From Promethearchaeota archaeon (GTDB taxonomy: Archaea > Asgardarchaeota > Lokiarchaeia > Sigyniarchaeales > SOKP01): a DNA stretch of 36,305 bases. The notes under the pieces are model-generated. The model was not told the DNA's origin and made no database searches. It saw nothing but the letters and a program-made list of their open reading frames with translations. The translations under genes and the position numbers were made by a program. The stretch covers positions 1 through 36,305 of the forward strand of contig SHMW01000040.1 in NCBI GenBank assembly GCA_008080735.1, written 5' to 3'. Below are positions 8,822 to 18,302 of this stretch, in pieces. The first letter of the stretch is position 1, and each line of letters starts with the position of its first letter.

Positions 8822-10291
8822 ATGAGGATTATTTATATCGATATTGATACTCTTCGAGCGGACCATTTAGGATGCTATGGATATCACAGAAATACCACGC
8901 CAAATATTGATCAAATCGCAGAAGAAGGGAGTATTTTTACAAATTGCTATGCTTCTGATGCACCGTGTTTACCTTCAAGAGCTTCAATGTTCATGGGAAG
9001 ATTTGGAATCCATACCGGAATTGTGGGACATGGAGGAACGGCTGCTGATTTACGGCTGAAAGGCAAGGATCGTGGATTTGAGGATCAGAGGTATGAGAAC
9101 TTCTGGGTTAATCTTATACGAAGCGCAGGATATCACACGGTCTCTATTTCTCCTTACGCCGAGAGACATTCCGCATACTGGTTTTATGCCCCCTTTAAGG
9201 AGATCTACAATCCTGGTAAAAAAGGAATGGAAATCGCGGATACAGTATATCCTTATGCGAAGAAATGGTTAAAAGAAAATGGAAAGAAGGATAATTGGTT
9301 TCTTCATATTAATACGTGGGATCCTCATACGCCTTATCGTGTGCCAAAAAAATATGGAAATCCGTTTGAAGCGGATCCACCTCCTTCATGGATGACTCAA
9401 GAAATCATTGACCAACACAGAAACAGCTATGGACCACGCTCTGCCCGAGATCTATTAGGATTTGGAGATGAAGAGAAATTTTTTGTACGAGCATTCCCGA
9501 GAATTCATAAGGGCGAAATCGAAAATCTCGAAGACTATAAGATTTGGATTGACGGATATGATACGGGCATTAGATATGCGGACGATCTCGTGGGGAAACT
9601 CGTAAACTTATTGAACGATCTTGGTATATATGAAGACACATTAATCATGATTAGTGCAGATCACGGAGAAAGTCAAGGTGAGCTGAATGTGTACGGCGAT
9701 CATGCCACTGCAGATCATATTGTAAATCGAATACCAATGGTTATCAAATGGCCGGAAAAAAATTGGGAAAAAAAATATGATAATTTAGTATACCAAACAG
9801 ATATCGCAGCAACAATTGCGAGAGGAATAGGAAAGAAAATTCCAGATACTTGGGATGGAAAGAGTTTTTTTGAAGAAATCGAAAATGATGAAGATTTCGG
9901 TAGACCATATTTAGTTATTTCTCAAAACGCATGGAGCAGTCAGAGAGCCGTTATTTTTGATAGGTGGACAATGATTAAAACCTATCATACAGGAATGAAA
10001 GACTATCCAGAATTGATGCTATTTGACAGAAAAAATGACTTTCATATGCTTAATAATCTTGCGGAAAAAAGAACGGAAATTGTGGCCCAAGGGAGTTCTT
10101 TGTTGGAAAAATGGCATACTGAGATGATGAGTATATCAGAATCGCAGATTGACCCGTTATGGACGGTGTGGAATGAAGGTGGGCCATCACATTGTCGAGG
10201 AATGCTTGATAAATATATTGAAAGACTTAAAAAAACAAATAGGGAGCATCTGATTCCAAAATTACTCGATCGTGATGAATCCTACAGTTAA
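8822..10291 (+). CDS. Cys-type (formylglycine-dependent) sulfatase family protein
   Basis: IDTLRADH, CLPSR (CxPxR), WDPHTPY, YD..I.Y.D, SADHGE. Confidence 0.93.
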   Translation: MRIIYIDIDTLRADHLGCYGYHRNTTPNIDQIAEEGSIFTNCYASDAPCLPSRASMFMGRFGIHTGIVGHGGTAADLRLKGKDRGFEDQRYENFWVNLIRSAGYHTVSISPYAERHSAYWFYAPFKEIYNPGKKGMEIADTVYPYAKKWLKENGKKDNWFLHINTWDPHTPYRVPKKYGNPFEADPPPSWMTQEIIDQHRNSYGPRSARDLLGFGDEEKFFVRAFPRIHKGEIENLEDYKIWIDGYDTGIRYADDLVGKLVNLLNDLGIYEDTLIMISADHGESQGELNVYGDHATADHIVNRIPMVIKWPEKNWEKKYDNLVYQTDIAATIARGIGKKIPDTWDGKSFFEEIENDEDFGRPYLVISQNAWSSQRAVIFDRWTMIKTYHTGMKDYPELMLFDRKNDFHMLNNLAEKRTEIVAQGSSLLEKWHTEMMSISESQIDPLWTVWNEGGPSHCRGMLDKYIERLKKTNREHLIPKLLDRDESYS

Positions 10292-10387
10292 AGGATTTAT
10301 TTTTTATTTATTATCAAGTTTCCAACAATTTTGTTAAATTAGGTTTTTATTAATAAAAATAATCAATAATAATTAAAATACAGAAAT

Positions 10388-10545
10388 ATGGATGATTTAG
10401 ATAAAATAAAATAAATTCTAGATGATCAAAAAGAATATTTAGTTCTTATTCTCGTGGAGATTCAACCTCAGAAATCGATATCGTCCTTTTAGTAGAGTTT
10501 AAGGGAAATGTAGAATGGAATTTCTTTTTAAGAAATATATATTAG
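10388..10545 (+). pseudogene. decayed minimal nucleotidyltransferase (MNT/MntA-like) remnant
   Basis: MDDLDKIK*ILDDQKEY, then in another frame FSSYSRGDSTSEIDIVLLVEF, matching the MNT pattern FGSYxRGxxxxxSDxDLLVEF. Confidence 0.7.
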
Positions 10546-10572
10546 AAAAAGGTAAAAAATAGGTTAAATATT

Positions 10573-12291
10573 TTAAGTGCCATTTATGACCTTGCTTTTT
10601 GGAGTATAATAATCTCCAATTTCGTAGTTATTGAAGTTAATGCTATAATGGTCTCTCCAATGGTATTTAATTTCGTCGATGGTTGCTTGGTATATGCTGT
10701 CTTTTATTTTTCCCTCGGCGCAAATAGTTGTTCCTATAGGTGAGGCTACAATCTCCCCGTCTTGAACTACAATCTGACCATCTTTTATCGTATACGCAGC
10801 ATTTGAAAATGCTTTCTCGATGGTGTGTCCCTCCATCCTCTTTGGATCTAAGTCGAAGATAGAAACATCTCCAATCGCTCCTGCCCCGAGATGACCTCGA
10901 TCTTCCAGACCCAAGCTTTTAGCTGTTCCAGCACGTGTCATAATACAGATCTCATTAAGAGAAAGCTCTCGATCGATATCTCGAAGTTGTGTTTGGGAAT
11001 CCGCTTTACTAGAAATGTTATCAAGCATATCATCTCGCGTCTTTTTGTCCATTAGCCAGCGTATGATTTTAGGATAATAGATAAATGGTCCGCCATTGGG
11101 ATGGTCGGTTGTCATGAAGATCTTATAAGGATCGTCAATCAATAATGCCAATTCCAAACCAATCGCCCATTGGATTGCATTAACTCCCACTTTAGGATCA
11201 AAGTAATAAGGAACTATTCCCGAACCCGATTCTCCTTCAATCTGCCCGTTAATCCATTTAGTTCCTGGCTTGGCCCCCCAAGCACTTGTTCCACCGAGGT
11301 GGTGTAGTGCAAATTCCCAAGGACCGTCTGCTGTCATAGTGGTGGTTGCTGCTTTCGCAAAGACTACTTGTCCCATATCAATGGTGACATGGTCATGAGA
11401 ATTGATATAGTCTGCGATTTCTGGAGCCCCAGATCGGAAATTTCCCCAGTTTGAACCGCCATACGCATTAAACTGGCAATGGGTTAAGTGTACAGTCGTT
11501 TTTCTATCTCCACTTGGCTCAATTCCCTCTAATGTTTTCCAACTGTTAATAGTATGTTCAAAGTTCCCGGGATGACCTAAATTGTTCGCATGCATGTGAA
11601 TTGAATGCGGTAGTCCTAACATCTCATTAGCTGTTGCGAGTCCTTCTAAAATCTGTCGTGGAGTGACACCAAAATGAAACACTTCACTATCAAGCGAATC
11701 TACATTTTTTCCCCATGCCCAGTTCTCTACTCCGCCTGGATTGACGATTTTAATAGCATAACCTTTTGTAGCTTTCATTATCCATGCGACATAACCAGCT
11801 AGCTTTTCCCAATCCTTTTCTTTGATGAATTCCATTACGTACCAATTGTTTCCAAATAAAGGAAAAGCAGCTTTATCAATAATGGGGGTGTTTAAGAACT
11901 CTTCATGAGTATGCCGTGCTTCCAATAAGGGCATAGCAGGTTCAATTACGGTAGTATATCCGAGTTTTGCGTACCTATATCCCGTAATCCATGTAGAAGG
12001 AACTGAATATCCGACACCAGATCTCGTTGTTTTAGTCTTTTTAACCTCATCAATCATATGGTCCTCAGGTCTGAAGGCACGACCAGAATTAACTTTTGCT
12101 CCCGCGATATGCGAATGAACGTCGACTCCTCCTGGCATGACGATCTTTCCGGACGCGTCAATCTCCTTCGCATCAGGATCCGCTTTGTCTACAACAACAC
12201 CGTCCTTAATATAAATATCCCGTTTCTCTCCGTCTATATCGTTTAATGGGTCATAAACAATCCCGTTTTTTATCGTTATTGAATTTTTCAT
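10573..12291 (-). CDS. fwdA: formylmethanofuran dehydrogenase subunit A
   Basis: GGVDVHSHIAG.KVN.GR..RPED, AIKIVNPGG, HMHANNLG.PGN, HLTHCQF, TTDHPNGGPF. Confidence 0.96.
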   Translation of the reverse strand: MKNSITIKNGIVYDPLNDIDGEKRDIYIKDGVVVDKADPDAKEIDASGKIVMPGGVDVHSHIAGAKVNSGRAFRPEDHMIDEVKKTKTTRSGVGYSVPSTWITGYRYAKLGYTTVIEPAMPLLEARHTHEEFLNTPIIDKAAFPLFGNNWYVMEFIKEKDWEKLAGYVAWIMKATKGYAIKIVNPGGVENWAWGKNVDSLDSEVFHFGVTPRQILEGLATANEMLGLPHSIHMHANNLGHPGNFEHTINSWKTLEGIEPSGDRKTTVHLTHCQFNAYGGSNWGNFRSGAPEIADYINSHDHVTIDMGQVVFAKAATTTMTADGPWEFALHHLGGTSAWGAKPGTKWINGQIEGESGSGIVPYYFDPKVGVNAIQWAIGLELALLIDDPYKIFMTTDHPNGGPFIYYPKIIRWLMDKKTRDDMLDNISSKADSQTQLRDIDRELSLNEICIMTRAGTAKSLGLEDRGHLGAGAIGDVSIFDLDPKRMEGHTIEKAFSNAAYTIKDGQIVVQDGEIVASPIGTTICAEGKIKDSIYQATIDEIKYHWRDHYSINFNNYEIGDYYTPKSKVINGT

Positions 12292-12723
12292 AATAATTCA
12301 ATTAGTATAATATTTTTATTAAAACCTAAGAAGAAAAATAAAGCATTATTTTTATTTTTACCAATTATTTTTATTAAGATTTATGGTAAAATACAAATCA
12401 ATGTATTTAAATGGGCTATTTAAGAAGAGAGATTTATCTCCTTATATCCAAAATTCTCTAATTCTCTTCATAAAGATTGTCGTATTATGAAATAGATTTG
12501 GATTTTTTTAGATGAAAGAATTATCATTCAAAATTAGATTTGATAAAATGTACTTGTATTTCTATCCAATATACTTAAATGAAATTATATTTTAAAATCC
12601 AATAATAATATCCACGGAAATTTTATCAGTAGTTTTTAGATTAATCATTTGGATCATAATCCTTCTCTTTATTACTATGATTATTTATTATCGATAGTAC
12701 TTAGAAAATGGAGTGATGATTAC

Positions 12724-13236
12724 ATGTCTAAAAGAGGATCGAGTGGAAGGGGTATAGCAATAGTAGCTTTAGCATTAATCATTGGCACTATGGGATTCTT
12801 GTTTTATTCTATGGTTATTTTAGAGCCAGAATCAACAATAAGACAGACTTGGTATGACAGTAATGAATCTAGATATAATACTAACCCAACTTTAACCTTA
12901 ATCACAATTCCAGATTTATCAATAACTTTTGAAAAGCAATCTGGTGAATCCGTATACATCTTATTTTCTTCCCGAGCAGGGGTATGGGAGGATGGAGGAT
13001 GGGAATACATAGAAGTATATCTAGCTATTGATGGTAATCGAATCAATGAGGCGCATAATAAATTTCTGTTATATACTTCCAATGGAGGGAGTGCGAATAT
13101 TGTTCCCATGACACTGCAATACACCTTTAATGAGCTATCTAATGGTAATCATGAAGTTACAGTCGTAATCTATGGAAGTCATAGTTCAAATTATGTTGAC
13201 AGCAATACCCTTCTCGTACAAACATATGTCGGTTGA
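12724..13236 (+). CDS. single-pass membrane-anchored beta-rich surface protein
   Basis: ATG 12724 preceded by GGAGTGA (preferred over TTG 12649); basic N-terminus, one TM helix, then alternating beta-strand pattern. Confidence 0.8.
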   Translation: MSKRGSSGRGIAIVALALIIGTMGFLFYSMVILEPESTIRQTWYDSNESRYNTNPTLTLITIPDLSITFEKQSGESVYILFSSRAGVWEDGGWEYIEVYLAIDGNRINEAHNKFLLYTSNGGSANIVPMTLQYTFNELSNGNHEVTVVIYGSHSSNYVDSNTLLVQTYVG

Positions 13237-13403
13237 ATTTTTCATGACAATTTTTACCATCGGATAATCTTGTATCCAAATCTATTCAAATTTTTTATTT
13301 ATGATAGAAATATGATGGGGTAATTATTCTCACATTCTCAAGGAGGAGATTTACTGAATGATCTCTAGGTGCGACATCAATCAAATCTTCCAAAAAAGTG
13401 AAA

Positions 13404-13946
13404 TTACTCATTTTTTAGATAATATATTTCGGATAGATTTCTGTATTTTTCACCGTAATCTATTCCATAGCCTATAATGAATTTATTTGGGACTTCAAAT
13501 CCTAAATAATGGATTGGAACTTCTATTTCTCTTCTTGCGGGTTTACTAGTCAAAGTACATACTTTTAATGATTGCGGATTGTGCTTTTCTAGGCGTTCCA
13601 GAAGCGTTGATACGGTTAATCCTGTATCAACAATATCCTCCACTAATATAATATCTCTTTGCCTTATCTCTTTTGATAACCATTTAATCACACTCACCTC
13701 CCCTGAACTTTCAGTAGAATCACCATAACTCGAAAGTTCGATAAATTCAATTTCTACATCTATGGTGAGTTCACGTATTAAATCAGCAAGAAACATAAAA
13801 GAACCTTTTAGGACTGAAATAAGTATAGGTGTTTTTCCGCGGTAATCAGCATTTATACGTTTAGCTAATTGATTGATCTTGCGTTTAATTTCTTTTTGAG
13901 TTATCAAAAGTTTAAAATCATTATAATAATTCATAATCCCATTCAT
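13404..13946 (-). CDS. hpt: hypoxanthine(-guanine) phosphoribosyltransferase
   Basis: VLKGSFMFLADL, LSSYG, PRPP motif ILVEDIVDTGLT, FIIGYGIDY..KYRNL. Confidence 0.95.
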   Translation of the reverse strand: MNGIMNYYNDFKLLITQKEIKRKINQLAKRINADYRGKTPILISVLKGSFMFLADLIRELTIDVEIEFIELSSYGDSTESSGEVSVIKWLSKEIRQRDIILVEDIVDTGLTVSTLLERLEKHNPQSLKVCTLTSKPARREIEVPIHYLGFEVPNKFIIGYGIDYGEKYRNLSEIYYLKNE

Positions 13947-14094
13947 GGAACAAAGATTTTATGAGTTAAAAAATATGTTGTTTATAATCTTTTATTTCAG
14001 TTAATTTATTGTTATTAATCACTCAACAATCTACGATAATTTAATTTTATTGAGAACATTACTTCTATCTAAGTAATTAGGAAAGGGATTTAGA

Positions 14095-15522
14095 ATGGAT
14101 CTTGCAATTATTAATTCATGGGTAATGACTTGCGAAGGCAAGGGTCTTGGTATTATTAAAAATGGTGGTGTCAGAGTAGAGAACGGGAGAATTGTATTTC
14201 TTGGTAAGATGGATGAATTTAATTATAAGAATGCTGAGCGTATCATTGATGGAAAATATCATCATCTGGCTATGCCAGGACTTATCAATTCACATATCCA
14301 TTCAATCTTGACACTTTGCCGTGGTGCGGTTCATGATATCCCTGAAATTGAATATATTCCGAAGGGTCTAAATTTTTTTGCGGAGCATCTCACTTTTGAA
14401 GACTTCATTTTGGGTACCAAAATCGCCGTAATCGAAGGATTAAAAGCGGGAACTACTACTTTTGTGGAATATGGGCTTGGAGTAGCTGGCCTTGTAAATC
14501 ATATCTATAAACCCTATCATCTTAGTGTAGTTCCCACTGAAATGATTAATGAATTAAGTTATTATGAAGAACTAAAGCCAGATGAATTATATAATTTTCA
14601 TACGGGTATGGGTAAAGCAGCATTAAGAAGAGCAAACAAGTTATTTAAGCAGTTCGAGGACGAAGAATTAATAAAACCGATGTATGGCCCCCAAGCACTC
14701 GATATGCTCTCGTTGGAATTGTTGCATCAGATTAAAGAGAATGCCATTCAACGTCATTCTAAGATGCATATGCATGTAGCACAAGGAGAACGAGAACGTA
14801 TACAAATTAAGAAGAGATTTGGAAAAAATCAAACCACGGTTAAAGTTTTAGAAAACGAGGATTTATTAGGGAATTATTTGATTGCGGCTCATATCCATGA
14901 TACAACTCATCAAGAACGCAAATTGTTGGTTGAAAAAGGAGTTGGTATGGTGGGCTGTCCCAGTTCCATTTCTAAAATAGATGGAATAGTCCCTCCCTTA
15001 GCGGATTATGTCGAATTAGGAGGTATTGCTGGAATTGGAACTGACGAAGCCCCGGGAACAGGACATCATAATCTATTTAATGAAATGAAAATGGCAAGTC
15101 TCTTGAGCAAAGTTAATAATAAAAACCCTATGATCATGCCTCCTTGGGTGGTTATTAAATTAGCAACGATTAATGCTGCCAAACTATTAGGACTCGATCA
15201 TAAAATAGGAAGCTTAAAAATTGGAAAAAGAGCAGATATTATTACAATTGATTTGAAAAAACCACATTTAACACCAATAGTTTCAGATCCTTTTTGTAAT
15301 CTTAGTGCGAATCTTGTTTATTCCAATAAGGGTAATGAAGTAAACAACGTTATTATTAATGGAAAACCTATTATGCTCGAAAGCCAATTAATAGATTTCA
15401 ATGTACAAGAGATTCTTGATAACGCCAATGAACGCGCAGAAATCATTTTCAAGAAGGGAAAAGAAGATTGGATTAAATCGGGTTCTCAGATGGTCAAATA
15501 TTATGAAAATGGGTTTATATAA
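14095..15522 (+). CDS. metal-dependent amidohydrolase, MtaD/SsnA/chlorohydrolase-like
   Basis: MPGLINSHIH, GTTT, HMHV, AAH, GIGTD, ATINAA..LG, GSL..GK.AD. Confidence 0.9.
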   Translation: MDLAIINSWVMTCEGKGLGIIKNGGVRVENGRIVFLGKMDEFNYKNAERIIDGKYHHLAMPGLINSHIHSILTLCRGAVHDIPEIEYIPKGLNFFAEHLTFEDFILGTKIAVIEGLKAGTTTFVEYGLGVAGLVNHIYKPYHLSVVPTEMINELSYYEELKPDELYNFHTGMGKAALRRANKLFKQFEDEELIKPMYGPQALDMLSLELLHQIKENAIQRHSKMHMHVAQGERERIQIKKRFGKNQTTVKVLENEDLLGNYLIAAHIHDTTHQERKLLVEKGVGMVGCPSSISKIDGIVPPLADYVELGGIAGIGTDEAPGTGHHNLFNEMKMASLLSKVNNKNPMIMPPWVVIKLATINAAKLLGLDHKIGSLKIGKRADIITIDLKKPHLTPIVSDPFCNLSANLVYSNKGNEVNNVIINGKPIMLESQLIDFNVQEILDNANERAEIIFKKGKEDWIKSGSQMVKYYENGFI

Positions 15523-15548
15523 GATTTTCGCATCCTAGCTTTTCTCGT

Positions 15549-15926
15549 TTATCTCTCATTTCCATAAATCCCACCAAATGCTCCAAAGAGAGCTTCAACC
15601 ATAGTTTTGAGGATATCTCCGAAAAAGAATTTCTCAAAAAAATTATAGATTGTGTGAGCATCTTGCTGATTATTAAAATCTAAGAGAATATGATTCCTTT
15701 CTTGATTTATCGTTATCTTGGGCTTAATGGTTTTATCTTCAACATATCCTTTCAGTAATTGTTGTAAAGATACTTCATTTTGAATAAAATTTCCACTCAA
15801 TTGGTTATCTATCAATTCCTTATCTAATATCTCTATTTTTACTTGATTTTTCTCTTGATCAATGGTCAAATTGATAGCCTTTTTCATATCTTCCTTAATT
15901 TTTTCCCATTCTATATTTTCACTCAT
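15549..15926 (-). CDS. hypothetical protein (125 aa)
   Basis: Clean ORF with GGTGA ribosome-binding motif at 15934-15938. Confidence 0.8.
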   Translation of the reverse strand: MSENIEWEKIKEDMKKAINLTIDQEKNQVKIEILDKELIDNQLSGNFIQNEVSLQQLLKGYVEDKTIKPKITINQERNHILLDFNNQQDAHTIYNFFEKFFFGDILKTMVEALFGAFGGIYGNER

Positions 15927-16038
15927 ATTATTATCACCATCAATAAAAATCAGACACTCCTAATTATATGAATGATATCTTTTTCAAAAAGTTTATAATT
16001 TTATCGAGTGGAAGGAAATCTGCATAATAACGCAGAGA

Positions 16039-16710
16039 TTAATCTTCTTTTATATATTCGGTGGTAATTTTTTCAATATCAATTGGGCCATTTATATTGA
16101 ACAAACTAAGCAATTTTGTGTCCATATCTTTCAATTCCTTTTCGACTGAGATATAATTTATATTCCACTCCTCATCTAATAATTTGGTAAGGGCATAATG
16201 TTTCTGAGATTGGATTATTTGCTTAGAGTTTTGAAAGGTTTGGGGTATTGGATATATTGCAAAAAGAGTCTCTAAAAACCCATTAATCCATCGTGGTATT
16301 ACACAATCGTATCCCTTCGATTCTTTAATCATATATTTGATAACATCCGATCTTATTAAAGGAGCATCACCAGAAAGTAAAAATGCTTTTTGAAATCCTT
16401 TTTGATTCAATTGCTTAAAAGCAGAATAGATCCCAATCATAGGGGTAAAGATTCCCGGATAAGGAAAGAAATCTCGATCGTCTACGATAAAATTCACTTC
16501 TTTGGGGAATTTTATATTTCTCTTTATTCTAGAGATTTGGTCATCTGAATTTCCAACCAAAAAAATATCCTCATCAAATTCTGCTAAGGTTTCAATTTGA
16601 TGCAAAATGAGAGGTTTTCCGTCTAATTCAATTGTTCCTTTTTCATATCCAGAGCGATTGCTTTTCCCACCAATTAGAATAACTATTGCTAAATATTTTT
16701 GTTGTTCCAT
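16039..16710 (-). CDS. mobA: molybdenum cofactor guanylyltransferase-like NTP transferase (paralog 1)
   Basis: ILIGGKSNRSG.EK, P..GIYSA, GDAPL, ETLFAIY, FNIN. Confidence 0.82.
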   Translation of the reverse strand: MEQQKYLAIVILIGGKSNRSGYEKGTIELDGKPLILHQIETLAEFDEDIFLVGNSDDQISRIKRNIKFPKEVNFIVDDRDFFPYPGIFTPMIGIYSAFKQLNQKGFQKAFLLSGDAPLIRSDVIKYMIKESKGYDCVIPRWINGFLETLFAIYPIPQTFQNSKQIIQSQKHYALTKLLDEEWNINYISVEKELKDMDTKLLSLFNINGPIDIEKITTEYIKED

Positions 16711-16911
16711 CTTTATATAGTAGAGATTCTGAATATTTAATTTTTATTCTTATTGAGTATTTAGCTTCCATTATAGAATTTATTGAATTTTTTAAAGTAA
16801 CTCTTTTTTTAGAAAAATTATATATATAAAGTCTATATTCTAAAGGTTTTTATATTACAAAATTAAAATGTAACTTAAAAAAAAATAAATCTTAAAAAAG
16901 GTATATAAATC

Positions 16912-17437
16912 ATGGGAGCTGGAAAATATTTAGCTATTTTAGCTGGTTTACTTACAATACTCGGAACTTGGGTATTTGCATTATGGGGTAGTACTGGAGC
17001 TGTGGGTTCTGGAGTTGGATTTGTTGTAGATCTTGATACGCTTTTTGCAGATGCAGAAACTTATGCTACAGGACTTTCTTTAAATATAATTCTTTACTAT
17101 TTGCTGATAGTGTTATTTTTAATTTTCCTAGCCGCGGGAGTGCTCCAATTAATTGGAATTAAAAGCAGAGTAGCAATCATTATCTTTTCATTATTTCCAT
17201 TAACGATTGGAGTTATCTATTTAATCGTTTTTTACGGTCCATCTGATATTTTCGGGAATTTAACATTTTTCTTTTCACTAGTATTTCTAGGAGAGCAATA
17301 TGGGGATAGATCGGAAGAGCGTCGTTTTTCCATTTTTAGTTCAATTAGGAGATGTTGGTTTGGGAACATATCTTTTAGTTGCTGGCGGAGTTCTGGGGAT
17401 TGTTTCTGGCATACTTCCGAGAGAAGAGTATTATTAA
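16912..17437 (+). CDS. about 4-TM membrane protein; true C-terminus frameshifted by an adapter insertion
   Basis: After the adapter the shifted frame reads FPFLVQLGDVGLGTYLLVAGGVLGIVSGILPREEYY* (TAA 17435-17437), which removes the overlap with the convergent mobA. Confidence 0.85.
17308..17325 (+). other. Illumina TruSeq adapter fragment (sequencing/assembly contamination)
   Basis: AGATCGGAAGAGCGTCGT, the first 18 nt of the TruSeq read-2 adapter read-through, located exactly at the frameshift. Confidence 0.97.
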
Positions 17438-17449
17438 TTCAAATTTTCT

Positions 17450-18142
17450 TTATTTATTTTTTTTCTTTTCGATTCTGTATTTATATTTTAATATGTTTAA
17501 ATCTTCAACGCGATTAATATTTAAGAAAGTCAATAGCTTTTTATCTATAGCCTTAATCTTGTTTTCTATAGAAATATAATTCACGTCCCACTCTTTTTTA
17601 ATTAAATTTGTAAGCTTAAATTTTTTTTTCAAAATATATTCTCGAGAGACTTTTAATCCCTTACTAATAGGATATATAGCGAAAAGTGGTTCAACATACC
17701 AATTATTCCAAATGGGGATAACAGCATCATGATTATATGACTCATTTATCAGCAAATCTACCACTGGTGGTTGAATAAGTGGCATATCACATGAGATTGC
17801 AAATATCTTTTGATAGGATAACTTTTCTAGTTCAAGGAATGCAGAATATAATCCAATCATGGGTGATCGAACATCGCTCACTACAGTATCACCCAATTCG
17901 TCAAGTATAAATCCGGTGATATCTTCATAATTAACTCTTTCAATATATTCTTGTACTTGCTGACTCGTGTGAGCGATGATAAAGATATTATAGGGGAATT
18001 TTGTTAGGGTTTCGATTTGGTAATCAATAAGCGGTTTTCTTCGAAATTCAAATAGACCTTTATCTTCACCAAATCTTCTACTTTTACCTCCCACTAATAT
18101 TACGAATGCTAAATAGTTATTTTCAGTACTTATTTTAATCAC
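17450..18142 (-). CDS. mobA: molybdenum cofactor guanylyltransferase-like NTP transferase (paralog 2)
   Basis: ILVGGKSRRFGEDK, PMIGLYSA, SCDMPL, EPLFAIY, FLNIN..EDL. Confidence 0.87.
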   Translation of the reverse strand: MIKISTENNYLAFVILVGGKSRRFGEDKGLFEFRRKPLIDYQIETLTKFPYNIFIIAHTSQQVQEYIERVNYEDITGFILDELGDTVVSDVRSPMIGLYSAFLELEKLSYQKIFAISCDMPLIQPPVVDLLINESYNHDAVIPIWNNWYVEPLFAIYPISKGLKVSREYILKKKFKLTNLIKKEWDVNYISIENKIKAIDKKLLTFLNINRVEDLNILKYKYRIEKKKNK

Positions 18143-18302
18143 GAGATTCGTTCTATTTATTAATTAAGTATTAAAACAACTAATAAAAATTATTAAACAC
18201 TAGACTAATTGTAAAATTATAATTACTATAATTAAATAGAAAAGTAAAGTTTTGTCTTGTTCTTCTATTAAAATGCGCCTAAATCATAGAATTACCTCCA
18301 AT

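Noticed and set aside
11431-11439. AGATCGGAA as a second adapter fragment
   Set aside because: Only 9 nt match, and the fwdA frame (NFRSG) is undisturbed; chance
13311-13357. Possible C/D-box sRNA (ATGATGG...CTGA)
   Set aside because: Imperfect C box, poor C'/D' boxes and a second guide that is too short
17379-17579. 66-aa ORF and the extended tail of the 201-aa ORF to 17517
   Set aside because: Both overlap the convergent mobA and are explained by the adapter-induced frameshift
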